A stretch of 56,821 nucleotides of DNA, filler included, from Sphacelaria rigidula (lineage: Eukaryota), in NCBI GenBank assembly GCA_964200075.2. It is 4 parts of 4 records of this genome, joined end to end, with 100 filler letters (N's around TTAATTAATTAA, not from the genome) between each part and the next. Parts side by side here need not be neighbours in the genome. Positions count along the whole stretch, not along the records: positions 14,233 to 28,363 come from CAXNAA020002441.1; positions 28,464 to 42,593 come from CAXNAA020002442.1; 2 more parts are not named here. One strand, 5' to 3'. Below the pieces are notes generated by a model, which was not told the DNA's origin, searched no databases, and saw nothing but the letters and a program-made list of their open reading frames with translations. Both the position numbers and the translations under genes were made by a program. Positions 25,515 to 37,711 of this stretch are shown here, in pieces. Each line of letters begins with the position of its first letter. The stretch's first letter is position 1.

Positions 25515-28090
25515 GTTTTATCCTGGGATGTTGTTGGTCCGCAATAAGCCTTTCGGGTCGTGGTCGTAGTCGGTCGACTAACACCGGCCGGTGGGTGTTT
25601 TTTCCTCCACTGATTTCTGTTCTGAAATATCGCCTTGAAAACCCCTTAATCAGCCGGGCTTCCTGAATAAAAGGCATTTTCAGTGTTGTCTATTATAGTC
25701 GCCGTAACAATTGGCGCGAGTGCTGCTGTTCATGGTCACACATGATATGTGCATACTACATACTCAAAGATTCCAAGATATTAGTAGTCAACCAAGATAT
25801 GTTGATTTTGTTTGTTCTCGTGCCCCTTCCGGGCTGCTTGCTGCTGCTGATAGCTGCGGGGAAAACTCCCTGTGTGAACAGTGCTACGAAGAGCAGCAAT
25901 GGTCATCGGTAGAGTCCTAATATTCAATCGGCTAATCCTCCTAATGGAGTACTGGTATAGTGCTACAGTGCTACGGTGCACAGTGAATATGTTGGCAATG
26001 TTTAACGGGTATCAAAACGTACAGCAGCGTACTGTACTACTCTACGATGAAAGATCTCCACGCTGTTATTGCTTCAGGGGTCTCACCAAAAATTGATCCG
26101 CTTGGCAAATCTTGCTCCTGGCCCGGCAAACGGTAGTCAACCTCCCACAGCGTTAAAGACCTTGAATGATACAGACCTCAAGGGAAATCTTGGCACAAGA
26201 TTGTCGATCCTCTCTCCTCCTTCCTCAAGCTCGTGTACGTGAAACACGCAGACGTGGATCGCCTGTGTGAGGCGTAGCTGGTAGCAGGGAAAATGTTATG
26301 ATCCATTGGATGATGACCGCAAGATATAGTATCGAGAGGGGGCAGTCAGGTGAATCCCGCCACCCCCGATCAACCTTTTAGCACAGACTGGCAACCCTAC
26401 CGTGAAAGAGAATTCTCACAGATCGTACACGTGGTGTTGTATTTAACCATCTGCGATCTAACTTGGAGGAATATTTTGCCTTTGCAAAGAAAAAAAACGA
26501 GCTGGGAGGGTTGGATTGCAATACAGCAACGCTCACCTCTGCTACTGCGCGGCGGTTACATCGGACGGATAACCGTGCATTGCAGCAGACTGGGCATAGC
26601 GTGTAACTACATATGTCTGGCGCTGGTCATGGGCGACGAACTCAGGAGGGTGGGGCGGGTGCGGAGCGAGCGAATGAAGGGGATAGGGGTGGAGACGGAG
26701 CGAATAAATCACCTCCTTTCGTAAATCAAGGTGTGCATCTATTGTCAAACATGACCATCGGTAGAAAGGTACAACATGTCGGCAACTTGCTCGTACCGTC
26801 CTTGATGTGCAGTACAGACTGTACTGTAGTTTGACCGACTAACACTGCTGGGACGTCTGTCGTACAAAACAGTGCTCTCTGGACTGCAGCATGCAGTATC
26901 AACAGACAGTGTACGTTGGTTGGGATCGATCGGGCAAGTAATCGTATGGCTGTGTCGCGAAATCGAGAACAGAGTGAGGCACGACCCCCTGCGGCATGAT
27001 TCTCCACGGGGCCTATGATGGTTCGGCCTTGTAAACAGGGCAGGATGGCGAACGTTCGTTGGGTTCGGGGTATATTGACTATTATATTATATCAGGAGAC
27101 CAGTCATGGTACCCTGCAAGCACATGATTAGAGGGTGATGATCTGGTACTACACAGCTGCTGGTGTCGATTCGCTGTGCGGGGGGGGCGTATGTGCGCTG
27201 TGATGAGTTGCCGCAGGTGTTTAATCTGATTCAAACATGCCATGTTTGTTAAGTGTACTGCCCACTGTTGCCCTCTCTCGTCCACGCCGTTTGAGTACTC
27301 GCCGCCCGTGCCCCGGGGCGCGGTACCCACTGGCCGCCAGAGGCATTGTCAGATTACCACGTATTTTTCACGGTGTACCTCTTATTATACCTGCCCGGCG
27401 GAAATTACCCTAAACCTCTGCGCTTGCTGTGGTCACTCTGTCGACCGTCTATTTCGTTCTCGCGGAGTATTTATTCGACAAGCGCTTCGTCTAGGCACCT
27501 TCTCCACCTGCCGTTTCATGTTTTTTATCTGTGTTCATTTATTTTTAGTTTCCAATGGAAAATGCACATATATTTCCAGGATTTTTGCACGTGGGGAGGA
27601 GAGGCCCACGAACATCCAGGAATGTCATACGTGCGCCTTGCATCAAATGTTTGCGCTTTGCGCATCAGGTATCCCGCCGACTATGTAAAATTGGTTTGCC
27701 TCTTTTGAGATCATGCGAACGCCAGGATATTTCGAACCGCGCACCGCTCACGTGCAGTATGTCTCGGCAGCGCTTCGCAGGCGTGTACCTTTGACCACCA
27801 AGGTGGGTCATCTGTTTGAATCGTTTGGTTTCATTTTCACTTCGAGAATGAATGTGAGATCCAGGTGACCCACTGGCAGTCAACGGGTTAATCCTTTCAC
27901 CACGACCTTTGCTGTGCAACCGCAGGGGGAAGTCGCTGTTACAACAGTATATACACCAAGTGCTGCATTTGCACGCAGATCCTCGGATGAACTGCTGCTG
28001 TAGTGCGCGGTCAAAGGTTTTCAGACGACAACTCTCATGGATACCCACGAGCTGGGCCAGCCAAGAGTAGGCGTGAACCTCGCTCACGCG

Positions 28091-28355
28091 ACGCACGGCG
28101 CGATATTAGGAGTTGGACGCTGAAATTTTGACAGCAGCTTTTTATGATCAAAATGCAGAAGATCACGGGTCCAGCAAATAAAAAAATAAAAAATAAAGAA
28201 GTTATGGGGATTCAAAATTTCGGGGAAAAAAAGATAATGCCATAAGTCCAGGAAAAAAAAATAATCTTCAGCTGGACTCGTGAAGTATCAGATCCTTGGG
28301 TGCAGAAGATCTTTCCAAAATTTCAGCTCAAGACTCGTCGAATTGGGCCGTGCGT
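28091..28355. mobile_element. Foldback/MITE-like imperfect inverted repeat
   Basis: ACGCACGGC...GCTGAAATTTTG...CACGGGTCCAGC pairs with GCTGGACTCGTG...CAAAATTTCAGC...GCCGTGCGT. Confidence 0.65.
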
Positions 28356-28363
28356 TCGACATT

Positions 28364-28463
28364 NNNNNNNNNNNNNNNNNNNNNNNNNNNNNNNNNNNNN
28401 NNNNNNNTTAATTAATTAANNNNNNNNNNNNNNNNNNNNNNNNNNNNNNNNNNNNNNNNNNNN
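28364..28463. other. Artificial contig-joining spacer
   Basis: N44-TTAATTAATTAA-N44. Confidence 0.97.
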
Positions 28464-29688
28464 TTCGTGTGCCGTCTTCTTTTTGGCCTGTGTTTCGTTG
28501 CCCCCACCCCCCCGCCCCCCCCCCCCCCCCCCCGCGCGCCCCCCCCTCTCCCCTGCCCCCCCCTCTCCCCTGCCCCCCCCTCTCCCCCTCAAACCCATCG
28601 AAGGTTGCAGACCACAAGCGAACACAACACAGAAACAAACGCGCACCACCCTGTCCAGGACAAAGCTCGCATACGACGACTGATGGACGCAGGTGATAGT
28701 CGCCCCCGATCGTTATACCTAACACGGTGCCCCGTACGAGTGTACCGCGGCCTATAGCTGCGCAAGCATGAACGAAGCAAGAGTTCGTATGTTACAGGCT
28801 GTATACCACGCGAGATATGCGTGCAGTACCGTGGGGTACAGTACAAAACAACAGTAGGGTTGCACGTATGTAATTGCGAGCTGTTCGCTGAGCGCCGCCT
28901 CTATTATTCATCAAGGTTTTAGCGAAAAGGGAAATCACACGGAGACTTGCGGCGCAGCAGCGGAATGCGAAGCGAAGCGGATTTCATTCAAGCGGTTACA
29001 GATCAGATGGGTTATTCTTGCCTGTCGTTCTACCTCTGCGGCAAGCCATGTCCATGTTTGGGCAGTACACCGCACTGTCTGTACAGACTGGTAGGGTACT
29101 GTTGGGGCGACAGTATCTAGAACCTGAGTTATGAGACTCCATACTTACGCGAACAGGCTGTTGATGGAATATAGATACACTCGGTGAGCTGCAAGAAGAG
29201 GAGAAAATATTCGAGCTCCGTCAATGTCTCCTTTACGTACAGCTAAAAGAATATCGCTTTCCGAAGATTCAACAGCCAGCCGCTTCCGAAGGGTCCTCCT
29301 CACGCAAAACGCTTGCAAACGCAAGCGCAAACCCCAATCCGTTACATTCAATATCTGTACTCCGTTCGACAAACTCTCTCCTCATGTGTGGTTGTTTCAT
29401 TACTTCTTCTGGTTTTCGATTCCGTGTTTTGATCGTCAGTTTCCTCCGTTTGCTCTATCGTCTCGCGTTTCCCACTTTTGTTCTTCAAATAGTTTTCCCG
29501 CTTTGTTCGCGCCTTGAGTACGTCTATATTTTGTGATCACGCCCGGTTCCCCCGGAGATCAGTTGATGCTCGACAATCAAAGATAATGAACACCACCCCC
29601 GAAGGTGCCCTGTAGTTCGCTCTGAATACATCATGCATGCACAGCGTAAGCGAACCCCTAAAAATGGTGCAGGTTGCGTCACGAACCG

Positions 29689-29840
29689 ATGGCAACGTCC
29701 GGTGTCTTTGCTTCATACCCTCAGCCCCTCGAGCCACAAAGCACACAAGCAGGGGGGGAAAATGGCGCCCTGGGAATGACAGAAACCTTGCCGGCAGCAT
29801 ACAACACACCCACCTCGCGAACTCCCCACAGACGCGAAGG
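29689..29840 (+). CDS. Possible first exon of the GARP/MYB-CC gene
   Basis: ATG, MATSGVFASYPQPLEPQSTQAGGENG..., ending at a GTGAGC donor. Phase 2 only fits if the acceptor at 29922 is used rather than 29909, so uncertain. Confidence 0.4.
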
Positions 29841-29909
29841 GTGAGCAACCTAAAAATTAAGCCGCGTCGCTTTTCCGACGGACCTACCGCTCTTCTCTTA
29901 CTCGAGCAG

Positions 29910-30418
29910 GACCCCAGACCAGCAATGATCGCGACCCCAACAACCCCGACCCAGCTGCTACTACTCCCGAAGTTCCAACAGTTGCGGGAGGCAGCAGCAA
30001 CGTCAACAACGGCAGTAGCGCAGCCAGCGCAGCGGCGTCTGGCACCCTTGACCCCTTCAATCGCGAGGTACAACAGACAGGGCAAGCGACCACCGGTGCC
30101 CCTGCTGTCGGTACTGCCGAGCGGCGAGGAGCAGAACAAGCCGCCGCTGCTTCATCTAGTGGTTCCGCCGCAGCGGTCTGTCGGAACGACAGTGACTATG
30201 CCGGCGTCCGGCGGCGGCGAGGAGTAGTTGGCTTGAGGAATGTCGATCAGTTCGTTCATTACCCAGTGACGGTGGGGCTGAGCGAGCGCAATACGAGGGA
30301 TGGTGGCGGCGCTAGTGCAAGCGGCGGCGGGAGCGCACCAAAGAGGAGGAGAAAGGGCAAGCAGGAGGGAGACAAGTTTTATCCGCGGTCGTATTTTGAA
30401 TGGAGCGATAGCCTTATG
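29910..30418 (+). CDS. GARP/MYB-CC (PHR1/PSR1-like) transcription factor: low-complexity N-terminal exon with NLS-like motif and start of the Myb domain
   Basis: Pyrimidine tract + CAG; open A/S/G-rich frame ending PKRRRKGKQEGDKFYPRSYFEWSDSLM at a GTGAGA donor (phase 0). Exact 5' boundary uncertain (29910 or 29923). Confidence 0.7.
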
Positions 30419-30854
30419 GTGAGAGGGCAGGGGGGGTGTACTCATGATCTTGTATGCCGTAGTTATAGGACCACTGATGTCGCATCCCTGCAAGGCCGGG
30501 ACGGAGCACGTCAGGTTGTGGCCGGGCCAGGCTCGCAATCACCAAGCGCGAAGCGCCGTGATGTGTTCAGCGGGTCGCATGAAAGGTGAACTGGATCCTG
30601 CTATGATTGTTCGGGTCGAAGCTCACTGATGATCTTGTCTATAGATGACAGCCTCCAATGAGTTACTTCATTTTCTGGTATCGCCACTTCCGGAGACAGC
30701 CACGGGTTGCACACTGCCTCATGGGTGCCTCACCATTCGAACACTGCGTAGTGTGATCATCCTCTTTGCGCGGAGATCAAGTGCTCCCACCCCGCACAAT
30801 ATGATCTACGGCGGCTCGATCACCATCATGGTCACCGCAAACAAAACGCAAGGC

Positions 30855-30935
30855 GGTAACCTGGTTGCCTAGCTTGCGCAGTGAGTGGCGTGTTTCACAG
30901 GGTCATTGCCAACCGACGCCAACCCTTTGGGGGTG
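30855..30935 (+). repeat. Dispersed repeat shared with 42720-42797
   Basis: GGTAACCTGGTTGCCTAGCTT.CG.AGTGAGTGGCGTG...GTCAT.GCCAACC.ACGCCAACCC at both sites. Confidence 0.8.
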
Positions 30936-31512
30936 GGCGCGAGTGAGAGGGCAGAGACGGGTGGAGGGGGGAGTGGGGCAGTGCCTCATGCGTTTGTGTG
31001 TCTGTTGACGAATGCGAGTTTGTGTACGTTATGTCAGGTGTTGGCCGCTCGCCCAACATTTGGCGTCTCTATGTATTTGAAGGAGCATTGCTCAGGATGA
31101 AAATGGCTGGGCGCGTTTGAACCCTAGAGGTGTGGTGTAGGACCAAAAGATGAACAAGGCGGCCACGATGGAAGGGATTAGTTGGTCGGGCATGAACTTG
31201 TACATGTCGCCAGGCTCGGGGGAAGTGAACGTTGAGGCGTCATGTATTATTTGTGTGAAGAAGTGATGAGTCCTTGACAGGCACCTAGGGAATTTTTTGC
31301 TTCGGTGGGATACTATCCTCATCACCGCACCCTCTCTCATCAGCCTCTTCATGCGTTTTGGTAACGGGAAGAGGGTTGGAGAGGTTACGTTTTTCGCGGG
31401 CAGGCGGCGAGCAAATTTTTGTACTTTTTTTCGACGTACCTCTTGCGTTGACTTGTTTGTTTCCTCTCCTTTTGTTTCTTGTCTCTCTGTGTGTACCGTT
31501 ATCCTGGAGCAG

Positions 31513-31593
31513 GAGCAGCAGCTGCCGGAACAATCGTGGGTGTCATTTGTCACTTCCATTTTCGAGCTCGGTCTGAAGCACTCCTCGCCCAAG
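31513..31593 (+). CDS. GARP/MYB-CC exon: Myb helix 1-turn
   Basis: CAG acceptor (further in-frame CAGs end at 31518 and 31521), donor GTACCG; EQQLPEQSWVSFVTSIFELGLKHSSPK resembles GARP FVxAVxxLGxxxAxPK. Confidence 0.85.
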
Positions 31594-31671
31594 GTACCGC
31601 CTATGTTTGGTATTTGGTGTCTTCGCTTTTTGCTCAGGACATGGTCATATTCACGTGTACCTGAGAACTTT

Positions 31672-31960
31672 GCAAGGGTCGGACGAATTAGTGATTCGTC
31701 CGGAAAGTACTTGATTTTAGTGTGATTGACTCGTACCATTCGTACGGTACGAATTAATCCTTACGCTTTGTTTTCAGCGTTGCAACCCAGGTACGCGAAG
31801 CCCAGGCACGTGGAATGGCGCAAATGTTGCGTGGACACCTGTTTGACGAGCGGTCGACTTCTTTCTTTCCTTCGATCAACCAGGCCTTAGAAATCGTGGA
31901 TTTGGTGATTTGAACTGGCGATGATTCGTCCAAACCGTGGAACTTTGCGGAGAAGTTCAG
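31672..31960 (+). repeat. Dispersed repeat (second copy of 16865-17150)
   Basis: Direct visual alignment. Confidence 0.75.
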
Positions 31961-32719
31961 GTTTCGCTCCGTTAGTGTTGTTCGCGTGACGTGACGTGAC
32001 GTGACGTTCACGGCCCCAATCACGATAGTCGGATTGGCCAAAACGGAAGATATACCTGTTGATTACTCTAAAGCCGGTAGGTGTACCTGAAGTTGCCTAC
32101 TTTTCCCGCAGACCGTACCCAAACCTCGAATAAGAGTACCTGAAAATGGCGAATGGCGAATGTCGAAGTATCGCGTGGTAGCTACTGTACCCGGGACAAC
32201 GAACTCCGCAGATGCACTGCAGAGGGCCATTTGTTGTACCTATTTGGCGTGCACGTTTCGACACGTACGGAATTTCGCCCCAGACAGCCCCTGTCTAGTT
32301 CGGGTACAGTGACACCGACGAACGTGCCTACACCATGTTGTGCTGTGCTGGCACTGCGAACACTGACGAGGATGTGGTCATGTTGTGTCCGTGCTGTGCT
32401 GTGACGTGACATGATGCGTGAACTACATACTTACCCAACATGCACAACAAGAACGCATCACTATTATAGAAGCATCCGCCGACAACTGAATATACACGTA
32501 CACATGGCGGTAGATACACATCCTGCTACTAGATCGAAGTTATGTCGTCGAGAGCGCGCCACTATTTATCACACCCGCCTCCAAGGGTGATGATGCCTGT
32601 CTCTGTTTTTCTCCAGTGTGAGTCATACTCCAGAGTTTGTGTGTTTATGTGTTTATCTATGTTTGTATGTGTATCTCTGTGTCGAGTTGCCGTCGCACCT
32701 GCTATTTTGACCAAGGCTG

Positions 32720-33105
32720 CCGCCCCGGTCCCTTCCATCTTGTTGGAGGGTCGCGGTATTCTTGCCTTGCCAAGCTCTCGTGAGAAATGATTCTCGGTTA
32801 CAATTTCATGTTGTACAAGCCGCACGGGATCCGGGGCTGCGCTCCGGTCCCGTCTGTCTTTTTCGAGGGTCTCAGTATTTTCTTGCCAAGCCCTCGTGAG
32901 AACAGATCCTCGATGGAAATGTTCATCTTGCATATAAAATAAAAACACACGTAAATTTGTTCAGGATTGCGGGTATGAACGACGAGCAATAATGGGTATC
33001 TGAGACAGGAGAGCGCCCCCGTCCCACCCGTCTTCTTGGAGGGTCGCGGTGTTCTTGCTTTGCCAAGCTCTCTTGAGAAATGATTCTCGGTGACAATTTC
33101 ATGCT
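32720..33105. repeat. Direct repeat, two ~85-bp copies plus a partial one
   Basis: TTGGAGGGTCGCGGT.TTCTTGC.TTGCCAAGCTCTC.TGAGAAATGATTCTCGGT.ACAATTTCATG near 32743 and 33036; partial copy near 32865. Confidence 0.8.
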
Positions 33106-33407
33106 TTATACGGAAGAAATAAGACGAGGAAGAGTACGGGATTGCGGGTGGAACGATGAGGAAAAGTGCAAAGAAAAACAAAATGCAGCGCGACTGAGAA
33201 AGAGGGCGACGGTCGATGTGTCTTGGCATTCCCTCTGCTCGCACCGATGTCTTCGAGGTTATCGTGTTTGTTAACAGAGAAGACGATGTTGGTTGATGAA
33301 AGTTGGAAGGGATAATATGATGATGGAAACAAATGTTTCGAGACAAGGAATAGGACCGCGGGTATGAATGATGAGAGAAAGTGCGAAGATTGCAGTGGAA
33401 GACAGAA

Positions 33408-33765
33408 TCGATTCCCCGCGTAGAAAAACTGTGTTCTTATACGGCACCACCAGCAGGAAAAAAATACCCGACGCAGGACTCGAACTCGATTCCCGGTGCG
33501 GAGAAACCGTGTTCTACTCGCGCACTACGAGCAAAACAAATGTAGCCGATACAGGGTTCGAACCCGTACCGACGTCTTGCACGTCTACCCCTGATGTCAT
33601 ATTTTACCCACAGAATATACTCACATACTGAGGACTCCCGGTGTGAAGGAACAGCGTTCTACTCACGCACTATCATACGAGCAAGAGAAAGTAGCCGACA
33701 AGGGTTCAAACCCATGCCGACGTCTTTCACGTGTACATATCAACCTTTCAGCTACAGAGTAGACA
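33408..33765 (-). mobile_element. Three tandem decayed tRNA-like/SINE heads
   Basis: Each unit has GA.TCCC.G.G..GAA..C.GTGTTCT and a minus-strand B box (GGTTCGAACCC / GGTTTGAACCC); the highest copy has an A-box-like TAGCTGAAAGG. Confidence 0.55.
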
Positions 33766-35924
33766 CACATCTTATTCGAGAACCAGAGCGCCAAATTTCA
33801 CCTCCTATAGATGCTAAACGTTAAATATACATTATGGGAAGGTCGTATGCGGGCGGGTGCGGGCATTACTTTACACTCATTCCAGTATATTTCGCATGGA
33901 CGGGTATGTACGATAGGTAAAAGTGAATATGAGGAAAACCGGAGCGTTGGGTGCCCGGACAGCAGCTGTCCTCGTGCAAGATACGAAAGATGAGTAGATG
34001 ATCTCGCAGACGAGCTCAGTACATGATGGCGGCTATGTGCTGGCTCAGTGGACGCGTTGTCAGACTTTGATCACATTTTTAGCTTGTTCCGTTCACGATT
34101 TAGCGCAAAATCCGAGTTTGCGTCCCGTTTTTCACGTCTGGTACACACGACATATGTATGCCTTGCACTGGCAATTATCTGCGCCGGAAGCTCCCGACTC
34201 CGGAGTAAGACAACACAACGTCAGCATTCAGCGCCGTATTGCACTAGACTTCGTTTCACGTTCCTCCTTGTGAGCGAGAAGCTGTCGGTGCACCCACCCA
34301 CCGGCAATCAGCGCCGTGAACTGTCCGTTCTTGATGTAGTTGTGGACTGTCTGTACTACAGCATAGATTACTTGCGCGAAGCAATCATTTGCTTCGGAAA
34401 CGTTGGCGCCAGGAATCGCCAACACCACGTCGATATTCAGGGCCGAACTGCTCTAGACTTCGTTTTATTCACGTTCCTTCTCCTGTGCGAGAGGTTGTGG
34501 GTGCGCCCACCAGTAATAGGCGCCGTAGATACTTGCACTACACTTCACTTTTACGTTCCTTTTGTGCAAGAACGTGTTCGTTCGTGCGCCGTATCTTACG
34601 CCCTGGAAATAAGGCCGGTCCGGTTGTTGTTAGAGGTACATATCTCGAACTCGAGGTGCCTGATACATTCAACTCTAAATTACTTTGCAATTTACGGGGG
34701 ATATCGAGCTGGAGATACCTCTACAAACCTGGAGAAAATCTACGTAACGCCCGCCGGAAACATTGCAGGACCACCGCGATCACGCGTCCGTTCGAAAGGT
34801 CGCGAACGCAGGTGTACCCCCGCACAAAATGTAGCACGAATCCGCGCACCGGACCCCTAGCATTCGCATTTGTCCGGACAGTCATCTCCCGGGACGGGTG
34901 CGGAGGAACGTGCACACGAAAATCAGCATAAATATCGTGGACGCCTCCCTACATTGTATGCTTCGCACTCGTGAGTTCGAACTATTCTATATATTTACTA
35001 TGTATATATTGCGATCGTTCAGTTGTGAATATCTGGTCGGAACGCCAGTAATGGGTCCGCGGAATAGCACACGGTGCCTTGGAGAGTATGTTTGCCACTT
35101 CAAAAATGGATCGTGGTCCCTGTTTTTTCAACCATTTTATGACACTGTTCTCCCTCGACCGTTGATTTTTGTGAATTTTATGTCAACTTATGTTCTGATC
35201 CTTACCACCATGGAAACCAGTAGAATACAGATATTCATATACCATGACTGTTGGGCTTCGAACGCACCATTACTACCCCGCCCAAACTAGGCGATGACCT
35301 CATGTATGTACCACTTGCGCCACCGAGGCGCGACAGTCTGATTGGTCGATAGATTGATTAGACGTCGTACGTTAGTTAATCCCGGCGGGATCCAGCCATG
35401 GTGACATGACACACGTACCCGAGGTGAAACAAAACGGCAACCCTCGCGAAATGACGGAACTACAAAGGCGAGGAAAGGAAAAAGCTGAAGAAGGAAGAAT
35501 GGCAGAAGAGGCGGACGAGACCGAAGACAAGAACTATAGACGGAACGGAATGAAGGAGCGGTGAAAACGAACACGGTTTTTGTGAAGTCTTTTCATCTCT
35601 GGCTCTTTTTTGTTTTTGTTTTTGTTTTTCCCTTCCCTGTTTCGCGGCGGTCGCTACCGGCATCATCGCCGTCAATTGTGCTTGAGCTAGCGTAGTGAGC
35701 GTTCTATCTCGTCCAGGAGCCGAGTGTCCACATCTTTCAAAGTAACTAACGGTGACTGTCCTGTCACGGAGATGATCATTGCCGACCAAAAAGGCGTTTG
35801 GTTTAGATTCTCGTGTGCAAACGATATTTGTGTTGTTGAAAGCTCTCAAAATCGAAAACTGGTAGATTCATACAAAACCGGGTTACCTCCCCCCTCCCTG
35901 AAGATACCCTCTGAAGATTCACGG

Positions 35925-36595
35925 GGGGTTGAGGGAAGGAATAGGGGTGAAAACATATTTGCACGGATCAATGGCCTACGCGAAAAAAACTGTAACTGCG
36001 ATTTCTGATGGGGAACCTGGACCTGCCAGAAAGGAGAAAGAGGTGCACAGAATCGCCCCTCTGACCAAACAACAGAGACAAGAACTCATATACGGGGAGA
36101 GTGTAAACTGTACAAGGAGGAACGGGACGTGTTAGAGGGAGAAATGTGGGAAGTAAACGAAGGCGACATAAAATCGTTTGATTCATTAGATAGTAGCGAG
36201 AAAACGATGGCTATACCAGGAGATAGATGGTGGGCACAGACGGCGAAACAGGACGGGGATAAGATATGTCAGGATTCACGTGCAATATATGGAAAAACGT
36301 AATGAACACCCAAATGGTGGTGTCTCTAGCTGGAGTGAGGACGGTGCTCCGTCTTGACGGGGATGCGTGGTCAGTAGCCAAATGACCAAGGCAAGCAACA
36401 AATGAATACCCCCCCCCCCCGATACAGGACGGGGATAAGATATGTAAACGATTTTTGCGTGATGTATGTAGAAAACGTAATTAGCACTGAAGCGTTGGAG
36501 GTGTCTCTATTAGGAGTAGGAACGGTGCTCCGTCTCGAAGGGGATGCATAGTCAATGGTCAACCGACTAAGGCAAGCAACAAATGAGTACCCCTC
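35925..36595 (+). mobile_element. 5'-truncated LINE 3' end with a tandem second 3' end
   Basis: Frameshifted ORF2 C-terminus (GVKTYLHGSMAYAK...DSSEKTMAIPGDRWW). The terminal ~175 bp (ACAGGACGGGGATAAGATATGT...AAGGCAAGCAACAAATGA.TACCCC) is present twice. Confidence 0.75.
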
Positions 36596-36675
36596 CCCCC
36601 TCCCCCCGCACCCTATCTTTTTCCTGTCGGTGTCGTTGACTGTTTGATGTGATTATTGTGTGTTATTCATCGTAG

Positions 36676-36774
36676 GTACTGATGAAATTGATGCCACCGA
36701 AGGCCGACCGGCTGACGACGGAGCATATCAAGAGTCGGCTGCAGAAGTACCGACTCCACGCGGAACGATCAAAG
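36676..36774 (+). CDS. GARP/MYB-CC exon: Myb helices 2-3
   Basis: TAG/GTGCCA, 99 nt; VLMKLMPPKADRLTTEHIKSRLQKYRLHAERSK matches GARP 'L.LM....LT..H.KSHLQKYR'. This frame is not in the ORF track. Confidence 0.92.
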
Positions 36775-37020
36775 GTGCCACTTCGTGTTTGCTATTTCGT
36801 ACCTTTTTTTGTCTAGTTCGTGTCGTGTTATGTTCAACTGTTTTTTCGTGTTTCTTGTGTCCAAGCAGTCTTCTTGCGGTTGTATCCATGTGGCTGAAAA
36901 AAGGTACAACGGTCACGCTGAAGGGGGTATGTATATTCATCACTGCTGCAAGGCTGGAACCGAAACCGGAAAAGCGATATGAAATCTCGAAATGATTTCT
37001 TGCCGTTCCACGGTAGCTCA

Positions 37021-37255
37021 GGAATTGGCATTATCCATCTACTCCCTCCTTCGCATATCCGCCATCAATGGGCAATTTCAACGTGCTCGTGCTTTGGTTG
37101 ACGATGTGCAGTGCCATCAATAGCACGGTGTACGGTAGCGCAGGGATTGGTCATTATCCATGTACTCCCTCCTTCGCATATTCGCAATCAATGGGCAGTT
37201 TTAACGCGCCCGTGCTTTGGTTGACGACGTGCAGTGCTATCAATAGCACGTTGTT
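37021..37255. repeat. Two-copy ~121-bp tandem duplication
   Basis: CATTATCCAT.TACTCCCTCCTTCGCATAT...GTGCTTTGGTTGACGA.GTGCAGTGC.ATCAATAGCACG occurs twice. Confidence 0.9.
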
Positions 37256-37711
37256 GTATGTCCGTATCCCTCTACCCGTCGATGTGCTTTGCAATGCTTC
37301 TGCACTCGAGAACCGAGGCCTAGATAGGTAGGGTGGCCGGCGTACTGGGCCGAGCAGGGGGAGCACACCAACGTTACGATTTAGTAGGTGAGGGTCCAAT
37401 ACTACCTCGTGCATCGCACATACCGGACGTGCCTGTCGAACATGACCAACGCAAGGCGGTCTAACCAGACTTTGAGACAACCGGCCCACGTCCCTGAGCA
37501 GTCAAGAAAAACATGGGGTAGAGGTTTTTTCACATAGCTTCCTACACGGGCTACTCGTTGAAGAGAACATTTTTTTTTTTAATCTACCCGATAAAGTTCG
37601 AATACCTCCCGCTCCCCTTGAATCTACCGGCATCACGAAGAAAATTAAGATAACATTATTCATATATATACTTCGAAGTATATGATAATCCTCGTATGCG
37701 TTACACAACAG

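Noticed and set aside
26350..26724. 124-aa ORF upstream of IFT56
   Set aside because: No motif, no convincing splice sites and no coding-like codon bias.
27875..27891. piggyBac-like ends GGGTTAA (also near 15173-15179)
   Set aside because: No matching opposite TIR found.
28500..28590. Poly-C/G tracts as regulatory G-quadruplexes (also 61-84)
   Set aside because: They sit at contig ends where homopolymer sequence is unreliable.
29145..29372. Possible decayed retrotransposon gag fragment (DWGLRLRLQAFC...)
   Set aside because: Only a vague resemblance; no LTR, PBS or pol nearby that I could confirm.
29637..30227. 196-aa + ORF and 200-aa - ORF
   Set aside because: Shadow frames of the GC-rich MYB-CC N-terminal exon, which reads in a different frame.
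31092..31739. 215-aa minus-strand ORF
   Set aside because: Antisense to a real + strand exon and its pyrimidine tract; no domain similarity.
34048..34931. 270-aa and 180-aa overlapping ORFs
   Set aside because: No recognisable motif, built partly from an internal duplication, and inside the MYB-CC intron; probably chance.
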